From a virus: a stretch of 64,000 bases of DNA. The notes under the pieces are model-generated. The model worked only from the letters and a program-made list of their open reading frames with translations, made no database searches and had not been told where the DNA came from. The stretch spans positions 1 through 64,000 of IMG/VR virus record IMGVR_UViG_3300033565_000026. One strand, given 5' to 3'. Shown here piece after piece: positions 61,939 to 64,000 of this stretch. Made by a program: the position numbers and the translations under genes. The first letter of the stretch is position 1; the number at the start of each line of letters is the position of its first letter.

Positions 61939-62172
61939 TTAAAATTTGAATCCATACTCTTCAAGAGGATGCTTTTCTTTTTTAAGTTCCAAGCCTTTAA
62001 TCACTTTCTTAGCTACTCTGAATTCTTTCCTCACTCCCAAATGATAAAAATTTACAGCATTTTGCATGTCTTCAAGAATTAGGACATCTCCGGCGGGTAT
62101 GCCTAAAGAATCGGGTATCTCGAATATTGGCAATTCGTAAATATCGTTAAGTGTGGGTATATTTAGTTTCAT
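61939..62172 (-). CDS. Hypothetical protein
   Basis: 77 aa. The ATG lies 8 nt after the GGAG of TTCGGAGCTAACAAA. Confidence 0.55.
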   Translation of the reverse strand: MKLNIPTLNDIYELPIFEIPDSLGIPAGDVLILEDMQNAVNFYHLGVRKEFRVAKKVIKGLELKKEKHPLEEYGFKF

Positions 62173-62198
62173 TTTGTTAGCTCCGAATTATTTTAAAA

Positions 62199-62540
62199 TT
62201 ATAGTTTAATTATATCTTTAATCTGTTTTAACTTTTCAGTAGACAAGCTATTAAATTTAATTTTAGATATATAATTAAGTAATTCTAATCTTATCCCCGC
62301 TTCTAAAACCTCATCTGTAATCTTAACTAGACAATCACTAATACCCATACTCATTCTTGAATCCCCTCTCGGGAGTCTGCCATCTCTAAACTTCTCAAGA
62401 TATCCAGATACTTTAATTTGGCGAGTAGGAGTTATCTTCTCAATAGTTACTATAGTATATGATTTAGTGCCGTAATAGTTATGTTCTACTGCAACTTTAT
62501 CACCATCTTTTAAAGAGGAGAGCCATTCATTATCTGTCAT
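62199..62540 (-). CDS. Hypothetical protein
   Basis: 113 aa. The start overlaps the upstream stop (TAATG). Confidence 0.55.
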   Translation of the reverse strand: MTDNEWLSSLKDGDKVAVEHNYYGTKSYTIVTIEKITPTRQIKVSGYLEKFRDGRLPRGDSRMSMGISDCLVKITDEVLEAGIRLELLNYISKIKFNSLSTEKLKQIKDIIKL

Positions 62541-62716
62541 TATTCATCCGCCTTCTTTATAAAAAGATATACCTCTCTTCCTGCGTACTCTTCCCCTACT
62601 GCCGGAATTCTCCCTTGAGAATCAACTTTTCCGATAAATCCTTTTGAGAAGGATTCAGGGCGTATGGTAATATCAGGGATTAGAGGGAGATCATTAAGGT
62701 TTTTTCGGCGGGGCAT
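62540..62716 (-). CDS. AbrB/SpoVT-like small protein (58 aa)
   Basis: GKVDSQGRIPAVGEEYAGREVYLFIKK fits the swapped-hairpin pattern. The ATG lies directly after the upstream TAA. Below the track cut-off. Confidence 0.45.
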   Translation of the reverse strand: MPRRKNLNDLPLIPDITIRPESFSKGFIGKVDSQGRIPAVGEEYAGREVYLFIKKADE

Positions 62717-62941
62717 TTAGACCCCCCTTTTCCCATAAGTCGATAATTTAAATTCGATTACAGTATTTTTGAATGCCCTAACTTCATTTTCCATGTTTAC
62801 AATTTGTTCAAGCAGAGAATTATAGCTATTTTTATCATCATCCTCTGGAATTTCATTAATCAAATTTCTAATTTCATCAAGTGAGTTCCTAAGTGAGATT
62901 ACGTCATCTTGTAACAAATCTTTTGAATTTATATCAAACAT
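62717..62941 (-). CDS. Hypothetical helical protein
   Basis: 74 aa, preceded by GAGGTTTAGAA. Confidence 0.5.
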   Translation of the reverse strand: MFDINSKDLLQDDVISLRNSLDEIRNLINEIPEDDDKNSYNSLLEQIVNMENEVRAFKNTVIEFKLSTYGKRGV

Positions 62942-63057
62942 TTCTAAACCTCTTATAACTCAGTATATAGTAATAGATCACATATTATTTAAAGTTTATG
63001 ATCTATTTTGAGTTTAGCCTATTTTAACAATTTAAACAACTCACAAAAAAAAGAAAA

Positions 63058-63468
63058 TCATTCCTTATACTCAACATTCTTACTAATCCAATCCAAATAC
63101 CCAGATTCAAAAGGTTTTCCAGTATATCTATAATATACAATATTAGGATTGACCTTACTGTCCTTTTTCAATAGATACCCTTTTGTGACAAGAGCCTCAA
63201 GAGTCACGGCAATAACTCTTTTAAGCTCACAAACTGGAAACCATCTTCCGTGGTATACTGTATCCAATTCTAATATTTGATTTAATGCCCCCTTCTGTGC
63301 AGCCGTTAATCTCGTTTTACAGTCCTCCTCTACATGGAGGTATGTTTCTTCCTTATCAGTCATATATTTATTTTCCTGCGGTTCTTGATATTCAGAATCC
63401 TTGCATTCTTGACATTGTGTATAGTATGTTAATGTAAAATCGTGATATATATCAAGAATAAAAGTCAA
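63058..63468 (-). CDS. Winged-helix-like protein; start uncertain
   Basis: The track ORF starts at a TTG (63468). ATG 63363 would give 101 aa. ..LNQILELD..CELKRVIAVTLEALVTKGYL is wHTH-like. Confidence 0.45.
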   Translation of the reverse strand: MTFILDIYHDFTLTYYTQCQECKDSEYQEPQENKYMTDKEETYLHVEEDCKTRLTAAQKGALNQILELDTVYHGRWFPVCELKRVIAVTLEALVTKGYLLKKDSKVNPNIVYYRYTGKPFESGYLDWISKNVEYKE

Positions 63469-63633
63469 CCTAAAAAAATATTCTTATTTACATTTTCAGA
63501 AAAATTAATATATCCCTTGAACATTGTAGATTATGGACTTCTAAAGTTTTCAAAAAACAGGCATTTTAAAGACATTATTCTAAAAAACAGTATTCTTCTA
63601 TCAGACACACCCCTTAATTCCAGGTGGCGAGTA

Positions 63634-63724
63634 CAGGAGTGAGAAACCGGCTCGGAGCTAATCGAGTTTGACCGGTCACTCCTGATTACAAGCTCCGAAT
63701 TCTGGTAAACTATGAGCTTGTAAT
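63634..63724. other. Two adjacent long hairpins, each carrying a GGAGCT motif copy
   Basis: Hairpin 1 pairs CAGGAGTGA (63634-63642) with TCACTCCTG (63676-63684), plus inner CCGG/CCGG and CTCG/CGAG pairs around GAGCTAAT. Hairpin 2 pairs ATTACAAGCTC (63685-63695) with GAGCTTGTAAT (63714-63724). A T-rich tract follows. Confidence 0.5.
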
Positions 63725-63899
63725 TCTTATTTTAGTCTTTTCTAATATATATTTTTTTCCTGTTCTAACTTTCTATAAATAGAACATAATTACGAAAGTA
63801 AGATAATTATAAAATTCATTGGTTAACGTTTTTTAAAATAGAAATGGTTGAATGTTTTTAGAGGGGCGAATAAAAAAAGTAAAAAAGAAGGAATTGCAA

Positions 63900-64000
63900 T
63901 CAAGCCATTTCTTCTGCGCTGACTTCTCCTGCTGCAATCATATCTGAGATTGCTCTATTTTTAGCCCTAGTGTGTGCAGTAGTATAGGTATCATGTAAAA
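63900..64000 (-). CDS. 3' end of a gene running off the window
   Basis: The open minus-strand frame ends ..TAHTRAKNRAISDMIAAGEVSAEEMA with TGA at 63900-63902. Function not recognisable. Confidence 0.4.
   Translation of the reverse strand, partial: LHDTYTTAHTRAKNRAISDMIAAGEVSAEEMA

Overview
This is an AT-rich, gene-dense mobile element of archaeal (methanogen-like) character, with genes on both strands. I found no rRNA, no CRISPR array and no canonical tRNA.

It reads as a siphovirus-like tailed virus or provirus whose morphogenesis genes are split into three blocks:
- Small and large terminase at 10.9-12.6 kb (+).
- Mu-F-like minor head protein and portal at 35.9-38.1 kb (-).
- A lambda-like head/tail block at 40.2-58.4 kb (+): protease-scaffold with a nested scaffold start, a decoration-like protein, major capsid, connectors, major tail, G/GT-type chaperones, tape measure, a giant Dit fusion and a hub. 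A short tyrosine recombinase follows at 59.2-59.7 kb.

Between terminase and portal lies a roughly 22 kb accessory island. It contains:
- An orphan ribosomal protein eS19 gene.
- An Orc1/Cdc6 gene bracketed by six ORB-like repeats.
- A VirB4-centred, type-IV-secretion-like membrane gene cluster.
- Secreted proteins.
- A cassette of beta-helix and small-membrane-protein genes that looks like a lysis module.

The left arm (0.2-4.8 kb) carries two PAPS-reductase (IbrA-like) genes, a ParB-like (IbrB-like) gene and a Cas4-like nuclease.

The strongest sequence-level oddities are:
- No accepted ORF ends in TAG, and one signal-peptide ORF (60851-61333) continues in frame through a TAG.
- The leader motif TCGGAGCTAA recurs 6-10 nt upstream of many start codons.
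- A relic of a second terminase 3' end sits behind an HNH cassette.
- Promoter and 5'UTR modules are duplicated.

All functional calls rest on motifs read by eye and on gene order. No database search was possible.
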